Shown here in pieces: positions 30,116 through 44,378 of a DNA stretch of 64,000 bases (its first letter is position 1; the number at the start of each line of letters is the position of its first letter). The position numbers and the translations under genes are program-made. The stretch covers positions 77,748,001 through 77,812,000 of the forward strand of contig OX597820.1 in NCBI GenBank assembly GCA_951406725.2, in the 5' to 3' direction. The notes beneath the pieces were generated by a model. That model worked only from the letters and a program-made list of their open reading frames with translations. It ran no database searches and had not been told where the DNA came from. The stretch comes from Octopus vulgaris (taxonomy: Eukaryota).

Positions 30116-30392
30116 TGACAACATCGCGCACAAGAAGCTACAGACTCAAGAAAAAAAGTGGAAATTCTGATGTTCTCTATTAAAAGTCAAAGCTTAACTT
30201 TACAAAATTTACACATAGCCTATCAGTTCCGGGAGACAGAATGCAACAACCTTCTGCAGCCAATTTATACCGTTCGATTATGTCCTCATAACTTATAGGT
30301 GATCGCGGTTACGGTTGACTTATTACCGAAACTATTTTCATAGCAAATCTTGAATCCAGCACTTCTGCTTAGAATTCAAGAACTAACGATAT

Positions 30393-30790
30393 AGGGGCAG
30401 GTGTAGCTGTTTAATAAGACGATTGCTTCCAAACAACATGGTTCTGGGTTCAATCCCATTCGGTGGTATCTCGGGTCAGTGTCTTCAAATACTGCCTTGG
30501 GCTGACCAGGGGACTGTAAGTGGATTTGGCAGTCGGAAACTGAAAGAAACCCGCCGTGTATGATTGTGTTTGTAAGTGTGTGCTTGTGTTTGTCTCTGCA
30601 ACACAATTTGACAGCCGGTATTGTTTGGCTCACGTCCCACGTAACCTAACGGTTTACAAAAAGGGAACGATAAAATAAATACCTGGCTTTTAAAAAAGTA
30701 CTGGGATCGATTCGTTCGACTAAAGATTGCTCAAGGCGGTGACACAGCATGGCCGCGTTTGAATGACTTAACAAGTAAAAGCTAAAAGAT
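30393..30790 (+). mobile_element. SINE family A
   Basis: GGTTCAATCCCA B box, GGAAACTGAAAGAAACCCG, CAGCATGGCCGC tail. Confidence 0.85.
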
Positions 30791-31320
30791 ATATGCTGGC
30801 ATGCTTTTCATCGGCCATTCAGTTTTCCGTGAAAACTCAGATATATCCCACAGGGAAAGACAGAATGCGGTATAAACTAGAAGAATTCCTGAGTGATTGA
30901 TAATGAGTTTCCAAGTCAAATACGAGTAGAAATTCGCCTTATTTCTTAATACCGCCATTGAAACATGATTACTGAGTATATGAAACCATTCTAATACATC
31001 AACGAGTGCCAACTTGACCAGAATAGACTAGGAATTTTTGTGATATATCACCAATTGATTACATGTCTTCCATTCAAGCGAAGCAATAGTTCAACGACTT
31101 CAATGCAATAGCATTGAGAAATGCTGCACTGTAAACTTGATACTTCATTACGTGAAAGGCAAGTGCGAAACGATTGTTTGAAGCAAGTTCATACGCAATT
31201 AGTCAACATTGCATTTTGTCAAGTCCATGCCATCTTTTCATCTTCCCTCAGTATATCGTCCTATCTCCCATCCATTTCTTACACACACACACATATACAC
31301 GCACAAACGTATATACATCT

Positions 31321-31427
<107 letters not shown>

Positions 31428-31429
31428 TA

Positions 31430-31645
31430 TTCTTTTCTTTGTGTCACTCATTTAACTGCGGCCATGCTGGGGCATCACCTTTTAGTCGACCCAATCGACC
31501 CCAGGATTTATTCTTTATAAGCCTAGTACTTATTGTATAGGTCTCTTTTACCGAAACACTAGGCTATGGGGGCGTAAACACACTAGCATCGGTTGTCATG
31601 TGATGTTGTGGGAACGAACACAGACACAGAAACATTCACACACAT
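31430..31645 (-). mobile_element. SINE family A, 3' half only
   Basis: ACTGCGGCCATGCTGG...CGACCCCAGGA...GTAAACACAC. Confidence 0.85.
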
Positions 31646-31717
31646 ATTATATATATATACAAGAGCAACCACATAAATGCGAAAATAATACTTGAATATC
31701 AGAGGTAGTGTAATATG

Positions 31718-31822
31718 CTTTATTAAAAGTAGCAAAAACATCTAAACAAAACTGTCCGACGAACGGGAACGGGAAACTCTGAGTAACAGTATTTGTGATA
31801 TTCTTGCTGCTTTTTAATAAAG
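31718..31822 (+). ncRNA. Fold-back repeat with a CCGA-core hammerhead variant
   Basis: ACTGT-CCGACGA(31756)-ACG-GGAA-CGG-GAAAC-TCTGA-GTA-ACAGT(31790), inside inverted arms CTTTATTAAAAG / CTTTTTAATAAAG. Confidence 0.65.
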
Positions 31823-31827
31823 TGTAT

Positions 31828-31906
<79 letters not shown>

Positions 31907-31909
31907 TAA

Positions 31910-31940
<31 letters not shown>

Positions 31941-32039
31941 TAAATACACAATTACACTGTGCGATGGATAAAATGTTGTCATACTATATTATTAATTTCG
32001 TGCATGCACATTAGTTGGGGTTTTGTTGATTACACAGTA

Positions 32040-32757
32040 CACTAGGGTTATTTGGGCACCGTCTGTGAGAAAACCACCACCATGACTCAATTCAATCTGC
32101 CAAAAATTTGGAGACGACATGCTGTACTGCTTGGCATTCACGCCGGAAGTTCCAATACGATATTATCTGAGTATTTGGGTGTCAATCTGAAGACAGTGCA
32201 ATCTGAGGTCATGTACCGACAGTGATAAAAATCCAGTCAACTTCATAGTGTTCGGAGTGATCACTAGTGATGGCGACAGTATCCCTCAATTCATCTTCCC
32301 ATATGGCCACACACACGATATGGAGGCGTACATCATGCTCCTGGAGGAAGTAGTGCTACCCTGCGTCAAGAGCGTGGCTGTTAGAAGACCCTATGTCTGA
32401 GAACAGGACTTTGTACCATGCCATACAAGCAAAAGAACCCAGCCATGGCTGTCAAACAATTTCTGCGACAATATCACCCCTAACGAAGCTCCTTGTAATA
32501 CTAAAGATGAACAGAAGAACAGGATTACGGCAGCATTCACCAAATTATAATGAAATAAGGAGAGCGTCGAGAGTTGCAGGGGTTTCTGAAGTCGTCTCGA
32601 GGCCGTTGTTGCAGCTGATGGCGATTTTATTGGATAAATTTACTCTTTAGCATTTCAAGATATTTTTATGTAATTTTGGCAAATATATCTGTTAAAATGA
32701 GATATTGTTATTTCCCTCTTTACGTAATTTAGAGGACAGTTTTTCCGTGTCGCAGTA
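32040..32757 (+). mobile_element. Internally deleted Tc1/mariner-superfamily element (maT/DD37D-like)
   Basis: ATG at 32082 gives MTQFNLPKIWRRHAVLLGIHAG (HTH region). Then KNPVNFIVFGVITSDGD...YV*EQDFVPCHTSKRTQPWL. Confidence 0.75.
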
Positions 32758-33720
32758 CTTGAATTCAGTTGGCGAAGAAGCTTTTATCCTGCTGGTCAAA
32801 AAATCATCACATGAAATATGACGTCATCATCACCTAGCTACTGCTTCCAAACAAAGTGTTTATTTTTCATGCTGGGGAAAAGATGATAAATTACATTGAG
32901 CGAAATCAGAATAGGCGGGGATGATAACCAGTTCAAAGCTATAGTTACGTACAGTTCCCATTGAATCCAAGGACGTGTATGTTGGAGCAGAACCCTGATA
33001 AAACAAAACCTTTTTCGTAAGTTTCCTTGAATATTTATTCTTGATAGCCATTCGTCTAGATTGCCTCAGCAAGTTGAACAAGTACACACCATTGATGGTT
33101 GACCCTTTTGAATATGATCAATAAACACAATGCCTTTTGCATCCTAAAAAAAACTAAGTCCATTACCTTCTTTGGGCCAGGTGAGGAGGGAGAGTTCCCA
33201 CTGCAGGAACTGGAACCCGGCAGTCATAACACTCAGAGAAACCAGCTGGATCTGCTTCAAGCAATGTCAGACTTTCTTCTGATGTGATCAGTATGGTGTT
33301 CTTTTGACTAGTGTCAGAAGACGTGGCACCCAACAAGTAGAAAACTTTTGCCATGCCAAGACTATGGTGAAGAATATTCCAAATCTTCTCACGGGATATG
33401 CTGATAGCATTGACTATTTGCTTTATAGTCAGTCGCCTCTCAACCAACACAATGTGCACAACACGACCAATGTCTTCCTCAGTGGTGGCAGTTGCAGGAC
33501 GTCCAACCATTGCGTTATCTTCGAGGCTCTCCATTTGCCTTCTGAAATGTGCTACCCACATTTGCACCCTTGATGAAGATAAAGAGTCATCCGTTAATAA
33601 AGCAAGCATGTGAGGAAGAATATGCCATATTTTGTCCATTTTCAATGCAGTTATTAATAAAAGGGTTGAATGCATACAAGGATTTACAGCTCTAGTATCA
33701 CTCCTTAATAGTCCACTTAT
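32757..33720 (-). mobile_element. Degraded mariner transposase
   Basis: VQMWVAHFRR..ESLED...GRPATAT...RRLTIKQI...ILH..LGMAKV, VLFYQGSAPTYTS (HQDNAP.H-like), PAYSDFA (YSPDLAP-like). Confidence 0.85.
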
Positions 33721-34224
33721 AAACTCTTCAGTATATATATAAACATATCTATGTATGTATCTAACAATTCAGAACATTTTATTCGCTTTTATTTTATTCC
33801 AGATAATTTAACACTATTCTTTAGAAATTTATACCGTATTTTAGGGTTAACTTGTAATGATATATAGAATATATTTGAAACATTCATTACTTTTGCAACA
33901 AAACTGGTTATGTCAGCACAGGTGCTAACTAGATAAATATTGTATGCGATATTTTCTAAGGCATAAATCTATTAACGACGGTCATTATACAATATTTATT
34001 GTATAACCACGAATATCTTAAATTTCTACAATGCTATAAATTTGCATTTCATGCAGAGATGCGAGCAAATTGACGACTCATAGTACACTAAATGCTTGAA
34101 TTACAGCAATTATCGTTTAATTTAAACAGATGCATGTACATCAAAACAAATTACGGATTGTTTCATATAATATGTCTCAATTTTATTCTTTGTACTCAAA
34201 CGAAATATTTTTCTCAGCGTCACA

Positions 34225-34587
34225 TCTTTATATATAAAAGTAAGGTTGTGTGTCTGTCTACTCCGATTTAGATTCCTAACTACTCCCACATTTTGCGGTG
34301 CAGTTTAACCAAAACCGGGTATCTTATAGTCGTGATTCATATTGAGCCCTTCTGGGTATTAGCGCGCGTCTACGATGAGTCTACGATTTTTAAAATAATT
34401 TAACATCATTTTTTTCCATGTTAATGCATATTTTTTTAAAGGTAAGTCACCGATTTAAAAAAAAAATTACCATCATATTTTTTCCATTTTTAATGCATTT
34501 TTTTGCTATTTTTTGGCTATAACCCTCTAAAAATGCTTTATAGTTATTTCCCTTACAAACCCGAGCAACGCCGGGCGATACTGCTAG
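34225..34587 (+). mobile_element. Non-autonomous Helitron (363 bp)
   Basis: 5' TCTTTATATATAAAA, subterminal hairpin CCCGAGCAACGCCGGG (34560-34575), 3' CTAG, inserted between A(34224) and T(34588) with no TSD. Confidence 0.9.
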
Positions 34588-37498
34588 TTGTTGGATAAAA
34601 TAGAAAATTAAACTTTCTATAAAATAGAAAAATAACCACAATCTTTTGTTTTATTTGATTGTCATGTCCTCTATTTATGTCAATGCTTACTTTCAATTAA
34701 TGATTTTAACAAATTAACATATTAACATTGTTTACAAATTCTTGCCAACGTTCCACTAATTTGTTAATTAAGGACTTGACGTTAGAAATCACTGGGCTAC
34801 GAATTGAAGAATTCATCGAGCCCCACGTCGTTGTTTGATAAAGCACTCATTGCCTGTTGCACAGCGACCGAAAATAGACAATGATCTGAAGGCCATATTA
34901 AGAGTATACGATGGGTGCGGTAGATCTTGCCAACCCACTCTTAAATATCACATTCGGTGAAATTAGTGATAATTGGGCGACTGTTTTCATGTTTAAGAAT
35001 CATGCAATATCATTGTGCTAATTTTTTAACTGCACCATTCGAGTAAAGTTGAGAGACCAGAGTATAATGATCGATTCTCACTGAACTAAAAAAAGTCGCC
35101 GAGTAAGTTGTAAGTCTGCGAGATCGAATTCCCTCTTCTTAAAGCGTGAATTTGTTTTTCGGCTTTTCTCTCAGTAATGACACCTTCTCCATGCACAACA
35201 CAAATGTCACTAGCAGCTTTAGAACTCTGACTGAAATCGAAGACAAAGAAGTGTCGAAAACGTTCATTTTTATTTTGCTTAGCACTCCATAGTCATACGT
35301 CTGAAAAATAAATTCTTCGGATTTCAAGAATGATGAATAAAAGTTGTAGAGGAAAAGTTCAGCTGCAAAAAAAAAATCATAAAAACACTATGATAAAATA
35401 TATGTACAAATAATTGAAATAGCATTGGAAATGGTTAAAATAAGTGGAAAACCAACGAATGAATTCATTTGAATTACCATTTGGTTGATAAGTCTTGAAG
35501 AGTTAGGGACATTCACTGTCTGTCTCTCTTCTGATTGTATTCATTTTTATGAATTTTTCATTTATTAATTAACGGTACGCCCACACACAACATTTCATTA
35601 ACAGTAGGTTTACATATGTGTTTGTGTGTATATGTGTGCCTGTATGCTTGTGTATGAGTGCATGTGTGTGTTTATATATGTTTTTTTTTTTTCATTTTTT
35701 CACTTGGCCTTCTATCGACCTCTTACGTCTGAAAGCAAGCAAAATTTATTTAAATTTCGGAAACGATAAACAATACGTGAAGAGCAAGAATTGACCAACA
35801 AAACAACCATTAAATATTACAATAAAAATATTTTTCATGTTACAATAAACTTGCCAGCCAGTGTTACCCGGTAAAGTATTCACAGAATTGTTAGTCAGTT
35901 TGTAGAATGGGAATTCCTGGCACGTATGGATGTATTTATATTTAACCTAGTTTCTGGACGTACCTAATTGGAACTATCCAAACCATAGTAATCAATTTAG
36001 TATCTGAAGAAAAATGTGAGTACAATCAACATCACCAACATCTCTTCCACCACCACCACCACTATCCCCATCACGACTCCCACTACCACCACCATCATCA
36101 CCTTCCGTCACCGCTCCCTCCTCCTTCTTCGTCTCTTCTCTAGCTCACGTGCGATCGACTGTCTCAATAACCCAGACATGGTTTAAATCTTTCAAATAGT
36201 TATACTTAAAAATCACCTCCTCCTTCCTCTCCTCTTCTCTATCATCTGTCGTCACATCCTCCTCTTTCCCCTCCAATTTCGCGTTTATTTCATTATCTCT
36301 TACTACTGCTCGTCTTTCATATAGTGATTTCCCCCTCATCCTTTCTGGTTAATCTATCTCTTCCTCTTACCCAACCACCACTAATCTCACTCCCCCTCTC
36401 ATTCACTCTCTCTCTTTACCTCACTCTTTCTCTCTCTCACTGTTGATTTTTTTTTCTTAGAGAGTGATAAAAAGTGCGAAGACAATGTGTGTATATATCA
36501 CAGATAGCGTACGTGTGTTTGTGTTGATTCACATTCCATGGCATTCACTATATGAGTGTGTATTCTGTATGTATGTATGTGTATTGACATCATGGAAGCC
36601 ATGTTTTTTTTTGTCAAGAAATAACAAACAAAAATTATATTTAATCGTTTTCCTTAATAAATAGAATTCCAAATATCACAAAAATTAGCAGTCCCTAAAT
36701 AAGTATAAAAATATATATGCAAAAAAAATTAAGTTAGCGCATACTATTTCTGAGATAGTTCGGGTACAAACAACCATCTATGATTTTAGTATTATTAGGA
36801 TGGGTAAGAGGCGAACGAATTCATCTGACACACCACAATAGAAGGTCGTATATTACAAATAGAATACAAGTTCTAAAATAGACTACACATTTTCCTAACA
36901 CTGTTTGCCTTTAAACAGTATGAATTTTTGTTACATGCGTATGAGAAATACAGGTTATGTAGATTATTACTTCTATGATTTCAAACGGAATTGCTTCTGT
37001 AATGGAATTATTGCCGAGCTTAACTTAAGTTTTATATCTCCAGCTTCACTAATTAGGTATTAAACTAGGAATGAAGCCATTTACATACACAAAACATTTC
37101 TGTTGTGTTAGTCTACACCAAACTCAGAAAACATTACATGAAATATAATTACTAACACTTCATTTTCATGATTAACAATTATCACAATGAAAACCATTTA
37201 GGTAAAACATGTGGCTTACTTTTCAATTTGAAATAAATAATTTAAATGTATTTAATGTTGAAATTCAATAACAGGAATTATAAAAACAAAACGATAAAAT
37301 CAAATTTTATACTTGCCCACTTAAGAACTTCCATAACAACGAAATGAAATGTAATGACCGACCACGTTAATTTGTTTACAAAGCTGAAGGGGTTCCATCT
37401 AAATAAATAGAAGAAAGTGTTAGTAGACTTTTGAATGATTCTTATATAATGGCATATACCAACCTACACGCAAGCATACAGATACACAGGCGTATATA

Positions 37499-38790
37499 CG
37501 AGGGGCGTTCAATAAGTAATGCCCCTGACCCACTTTCCATAGCAGTAGAGCAACGAAACTTGGCACAATTATTTGTCTTTTTCTACATAGGAACCACCCA
37601 GAGTTACGCATTTCTCACATCGTTTGATGCAGCTCTGAAGACCGTTTTTGTAGAAGACCCCAGCTTGGTCCTCCAACCACGACGTGACTTCAGAAATCAA
37701 GGCTGCATCATCTGGGAAACGCTTTCCTTTCAAAAACAACTTCATGGCTGGGAAGAGGTGAAAATCAGAGGGTGCAAGGTCAGGAGAGTAGGGGGGATGG
37801 GTGATGAGTTCATAGCTGCACGCCTGTGCTTCTGATCTGGCGACACGCAGGTTGTGAACCGGAGCGTTGTCCTGCAAGAGGAGGATGCCTTTGCTGATCT
37901 TGCCCCGCCTCTTGATTTTGATAGCTTCTCTTAATTTCCTCAAAAGTGAAGCATTATAGGCTCCAGTAATTGTGGCACCCTTTGCCAGGAAATCTGTCAT
38001 CACTACTCCGTCCTGGTCCCAGAAGACTGTGAGCATGACCTTGCCAGCAGAAGGCTGCACCCTTGCCTTCTTTGGAGGAGGTGAGTCACGGTGTGTCCAC
38101 TGCATTGACTGGGCTTTGGTCTCTGGATCATAGTGATGGACCCAGGTTTCATCCTGTGTAATCAGTCTTTTGAAATATTTTGACTCATCTTCTTGGCACA
38201 TCTCCAAATTCATCCTCGAGTAATCGACACGTTCTTGCTTCTGGAAAGATGTGAGCAACCTGGGAACCCATCTGGCAGACACCTTTTGCATATGAAAATG
38301 GTCATGAATGATAGTTTCCACAGACCCGGTACTAATCTTGACCTCATGGGCTATTTGGCGAATAGTTATGCGTCGATCTTCCAAAATGGCAGCCTCAACA
38401 TGACGGACAGATGCCTCATCAATGGCAGAAGGGGGCGACCAGATCTGGGAGCTGTTTCCACAGAGTTCCGACCATGTTTGAATTCACGATGCCAGCGTTT
38501 TACAAGGTCATATGATGGGGCATCATCACCATAAGTTACTTTCATTTCATCAAAAGTCTCCCGTGGTGTGCGTTCTTTCAAATACAAAAACCGTATCACT
38601 GCTCGACACTCAACAGGCTCCATTTCACACTTGACTCAGTTCAAACACTTGTGAATCAGAAACCACAATTAGTCCAGAGCTGTAATTTGCCACTTAATCT
38701 ATAAAAATATGAGTAATTGTACATGCAAAATTTCAGCTAGATCAAATAATTGCAAGTGGGTCAGAAGCATTACTTATTGAACGCCCCTCG
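37499..38790 (-). mobile_element. Full-length mariner (DD34D, irritans-like) transposon
   Basis: 37-bp TIRs CGAGGGGCGTTCAATAAGTAATGC(CC/TT)CTGACCCACTT with 2 mismatches. TA duplications at 37497-98 and 38791-92. Confidence 0.97.
37569..38623 (-). pseudogene. Mariner transposase with a single 1-bp frameshift (351 aa if repaired)
   Basis: Two overlapping ORFs: HTH part MEPVECRAVI...RSGRP, then WVPRLL, DETW, QDNAP, YSPDLAPSD. One extra base in the G5 run at 38431-38435 joins them. Confidence 0.95.
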
Positions 38791-38859
38791 TAGATGCATT
38801 ACTATATGGTGTGTATATACATATATATATACATAAATACGTATATAATATCTAAATAT

Positions 38860-38984
<125 letters not shown>

Positions 38985-39109
38985 AATACTGTCGGCCGGA
39001 ATCGTACTTTATTGAATTCTTTTGAACTGTCTTCATTCTTTCTTCTGTATTCGTTTTGTTTTTGCTTCGAACTTTTTTGAACTTGTGTTGACTTTTGGGA
39101 TTCAAAATC

Positions 39110-39900
39110 ATGGCAAAGAAAGCTGATGAGGTGTTAGAGTGGGAAATTGCCCTACACAAAAAGTGGATAAAAAGTCTTGAGGAGAGAACGATGGTGCTGC
39201 GGACGTACTCCAAGTCGCTCGACACCATCGCCTTCTTCAAAAAGATTGATATAGAGAGAAAGTTGGCGGAATATATACCAACTATAAAATCTATTCCCAG
39301 GGGTGTCAAATATGCGACGGTGTGGTTGATATTTCACATTCTTGAAGAGGCTCGCAGTTTTGCGAGTCAGCCCTTTAAAGGGCGTAGAGATATTGTTCCT
39401 TCTCGCGTAATTGCGGGAAGAAGTTGACAAGAGTTTGAGTTTGCGGGTTGCCGCTCGGGATAGAACCCGAGTGAATAGAAGATACTATTCGCCAAGCTCC
39501 TTAGTGTGAAAATTTTGCCTGTGGCTGATTAGGTGGGGTCAAAAGCTGTTTTGACCCCATGGACCCAATCAGCCAAGAATCTGGTGTTTCCAGATTTCCT
39601 TAAAATGGCCGGTTGTAGGTATCCGGTGATTTTTGAGGGACGCCCCCCCAAGTATCACCTGTGCCTGGAACCAGGCTACATTAAAAATAACAGTCTCCAG
39701 GACGAAAGTAAGGTCCTGGAACAGTTAGTGATGGAAGAACCCCCACCCCTGAACAAAGGGAAAAGGGAAGAAGATGGGCAACTATGGTTGCCCACCGAAG
39801 GAATCCAAGGCTGCAAGAGGGAGGGAAGATGCTCCGGTTGAAGCAGAGGAACTACACCCTCCCGTACCAAAAGGGAGAAAAAAAGAAAACGGGGCATTAC
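39110..39900 (+). pseudogene. L1/Tx1-like ORF1 remnant
   Basis: ATG at 39110. RRM-like ATVWLIF...EEA and V*VCGLP, then YPVIFEGRPPKYHLCLEPGYIKNN (decayed CCHC knuckle). GC higher than the flanks. Confidence 0.65.
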
Positions 39901-40044
39901 CGGCGGTCAATATACTGCCAGCATGGATAAATTTCGTTCCGTTTACGCAAGAAGACCTAAGTTGTGCAGTATTATATCTTTCTCCGGATGAGTCATTGTA
40001 CAGTCACGCAAAATGGGGAATATCAAGCATGCTTTATTAGTAAT

Positions 40045-40673
40045 TAAATAAGCAATCCATCACAACCGTCCAAAGTGTTGGCCATGTAGCACTAAACAAT
40101 TGTTTATACGGAATTTGGAATTGCGATGGACTCTCTCAAATAGCTCTTCATTGCCGATGACTTGTTCACACTCTTCAACAATTCTTTCAATTGGTCCACG
40201 AGTATTTTCAGAATACACAAGGGATTTAATGTAGCCCCAGAAGAAAAGATGCATAGGAATTAAATGTGGTCAACGTGGTGCCCATTCAATTGGCCCGCGA
40301 CGATCGAGCCATCTCCCTGGAAAATGTTGATTTAGAAAATCACGAACCTGTAATGCATAAATCCTGTCCGCTTTCAGCAGGCAGGATTTACCCTTCCAAG
40401 TGAATGTACGTGAAACATCATCTTGTTGCCAAGTATGATCAGGTACAAATCACCTGTCAAAGAGCTCTCAAAATAAAATGGTCCAATTATTTGATTGTGC
40501 CAAATCACACACCACCCTATTACCTTGCCCTCGCCTTGTTGATTATTTGCTTCCATCCAATGAGGATTTGTTTGTGAGTAATATCGTCAGTTGTGAAAAG
40601 AGATTTAAAAAAAAGAGAAAGTTAACAATTTCAGATGTTGCAGGAGATTGTGCTTGACTTTATGGCCACCCTG
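40045..40673 (-). mobile_element. Internally deleted Tc1/mariner-superfamily element (DD41D-like)
   Basis: TA-CAGGGTGGCCATAAAGTC terminus at 40673. WCVIWHNQIIGPFYF, YALQVRDFLNQHFPGRWL.RRGPIEWAPR*P.L.PMHLFFWGYIKSLVY. Confidence 0.88.
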
Positions 40674-41139
40674 TATATATATTGCCAGTAAAAGAGAATA
40701 AAGACCAAAAATATTATTCTTCAGAATTTTCTGCACTGTCACTATGTCTGTTCGTGGGAATTCAGTTAAGGGAAAACTTCAATACAGCTATTACAAGTAG
40801 GAATGTATTCTTTAAATATTTAGAAGCATGGCGGTGCCCCAACTAATTGGCGGTGCCCCAGCATGGCCACAGCTCGTGAGCTGAAACTAGATAAAATTTA
40901 AAATATATGAATTTACTTACTTCTTTCAGTAATTTGCATAGATGTTTGTTTTTTTAATTCTTCGTTATTCCTAGTCTCCTGCATTAGCTCATTTCTCTAC
41001 TCTTCTGTGACAAGAATTCCTTATTATCTAATAGCACTTCAAAGATCTCGCTTATACAGGGCTTGCAAGACCTCCTGTCTTCCTGGTAAAGGTTCCCTGT
41101 ACATAGAATGAACCAATTAATATAATTGATTTTAAGGTA

Positions 41140-41295
41140 GCAACCTGGCAAAATCGTTAACACGGCGGGAATAATGCTTATCGTTTACATTTCATCGAAG
41201 GTCCACTTTGCATCATATCATTTCGGGGTCGATAAATATGTGTCAGTTGCGCGATGGAGTTAATGCAATCCATTTATGCCCTCCACAGGAATATT
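41140..41295 (+). mobile_element. SINE family B (diverged)
   Basis: CTGGCAAAATCGTTAACACG head, TTTCGGGGTCGATAAA body. Confidence 0.7.
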
Positions 41296-41972
41296 TAGAA
41301 TCATTTACTTATTTCTTTCAGTAATTTGCATAGATGTTTGCTTTTTAATACTTCGTTATTCCTAGTCTCCTGCATTAGCAAATGTAGCTCATTTCTCTGC
41401 CAAAATTCGAACCCTTACGACAACTAATTATCTTGAATTTCAGGGAATTAATTTATTCTGCTAGCGATGGGGAACATATTAATTTTTCAAAGAGTTCTTC
41501 CAGTTAACAGGGTTAATTGTAGATACGATGTACAAAAGGGTAGCGTTATCCGTATAATATAATCCACTGGTACACCTTGTCCTTATGAACACAATCCCTA
41601 TCCAAGGGGCAGGCATACTTAGATTTGAAATTACAATTATATTATTTGATTAAAAGACCAGATGATTGTGTAGAAGACCCAAAATATGTATTACGTAACT
41701 GAGGTGTAATAAAGTTGTTGGCCTGTTTTAACTAGCGCTTTAGCAGGAGTGGTCAGAGTTTAGATACACCGCACAGAGAAAGTGAACACAGTTTAGATCG
41801 TTATGGAAAAGAATCGCATAATATCAGAGTAAAAGCAAAATCAAATGTTCATGTTCAGATAATTATGTAAAATATCGATGTTTCCGGTAATTATGTAAAA
41901 TAATACTTACATAAAACTATCCTCTTCCGTCAAACATTTCCAAAGAGAATTTCCTTAATATTTCCCTGAAAA

Positions 41973-42714
<742 letters not shown>

Positions 42715-42717
42715 CGT

Positions 42718-43083
<366 letters not shown>

Positions 43084-43199
43084 TGGATATTTCCCTTTCC
43101 TAATAAAGGAAGATACATCTTATGCTATACACGGAACATTCACTCACAATTGTTAAAAAAATCATATTACTTATATAGCTGTATTGAAAAAGTATAAAA

Positions 43200-44378
43200 T
43201 ACTCAAAAGTCACCGGTAACGCTCTCTGTGTGACAAGCCCGTTGTAGTTCGGGCCCCGCTGCTAGAATCCACTTGATGCAATCATCAGGCATCAGTCTGT
43301 AGACCAGCATCATTGGCTGGAGTCCTACTACCACATGGTGCGTCTGTTTTGCTGTGCTCCTCATATGTTCGTCGAATTTTGCGATGGCTGAAACAAAGGG
43401 ACAGCGTACTTAAGTGAAATTCAGTTTGCTGCTGCGGAAAAAACGGCAGCCGAAACAGTTGTCATGCTTCAAGCAGCTTACAAGTACGCTGCAATGAGCA
43501 AAACATAAGTTTACGAGTGGTTTTCACGCTTTAAGATTGGTCACTTGTTGCTTCAAAAAACGAACCTTGTTCAGGACGATCGTCAACCTCCCGAGCGGAT
43601 GAGACCATCATGAAATTTCATCAACTCATCTTGGAGGACCGTCACCGAAATCTTGACGAACTTGTTGATAAAACTGGTGTGTCCTGGAGCTCCTGTCAAC
43701 GAATTTTGAGAGATGAATTGCAAATCAAAAGAGTTGCACGGAAATTTGTGTCTCGCTTGTTTATGGAAGATCAAAAGCAGTCATGAGTGAATAGGTGTCG
43801 TGAAGTAAAAGAACAGTTGGAAATTGACACAAACCATTTTTTCGACGGTCATCACTGGTGATGAAAGCTAGTGCTAGGGAATTTGCAGATATGGAAGACG
43901 AGAAAAAAAAGCGATGAGGGCATCACCTCACAAGAGTTCCAGCACTGTTTTGGACAGTGGAAAACGCTCCTGGGCCGATGCATTGCTTCGGCAATACATT
44001 GGCCCAGGCGTGTTTTCCCACTGCACCGGGTTTCTCTCAATCTAAAGCTACTGCACACATAATTTTTCTTTCCTGAATTTTTTTCACCCGAGTAATGTTG
44101 AATAGAATAATTAGAATAGAAAGCAATTACTTGCCTTGCATCGAATAATGGGAAGTAGTGACACCGATTCTTCAATATGAATAATAACAGCGAAAGAAAG
44201 TAATTCTGGTGTGCGTTCTGTATAAAGGGTAAAGACCTCCTTCGGTCATGAATGGCCATGGATTGTATCTAGAAAGTTCCCTTGGGGAATACTTTGAAGG
44301 TGATGAAATTGTAAACATGTAAAACTAAGTGAATAAAATAATACTGCAAAATTCCGGTTTCTTTTGAGTAACCCCTCG
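43200..44378 (+). mobile_element. Internally deleted mariner carrying a ~290-bp insert
   Basis: Partial left TIR TACTCAAAAGTCACCGG matches right TIR CCGGTTTCTTTTGAGTAACCCCTCG-TA. Translations include VYEWFSRFK, KRVARKFVSRL, VITGDES* and FQHCFGQW...RCIAS | GEYFEGD. Confidence 0.9.
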
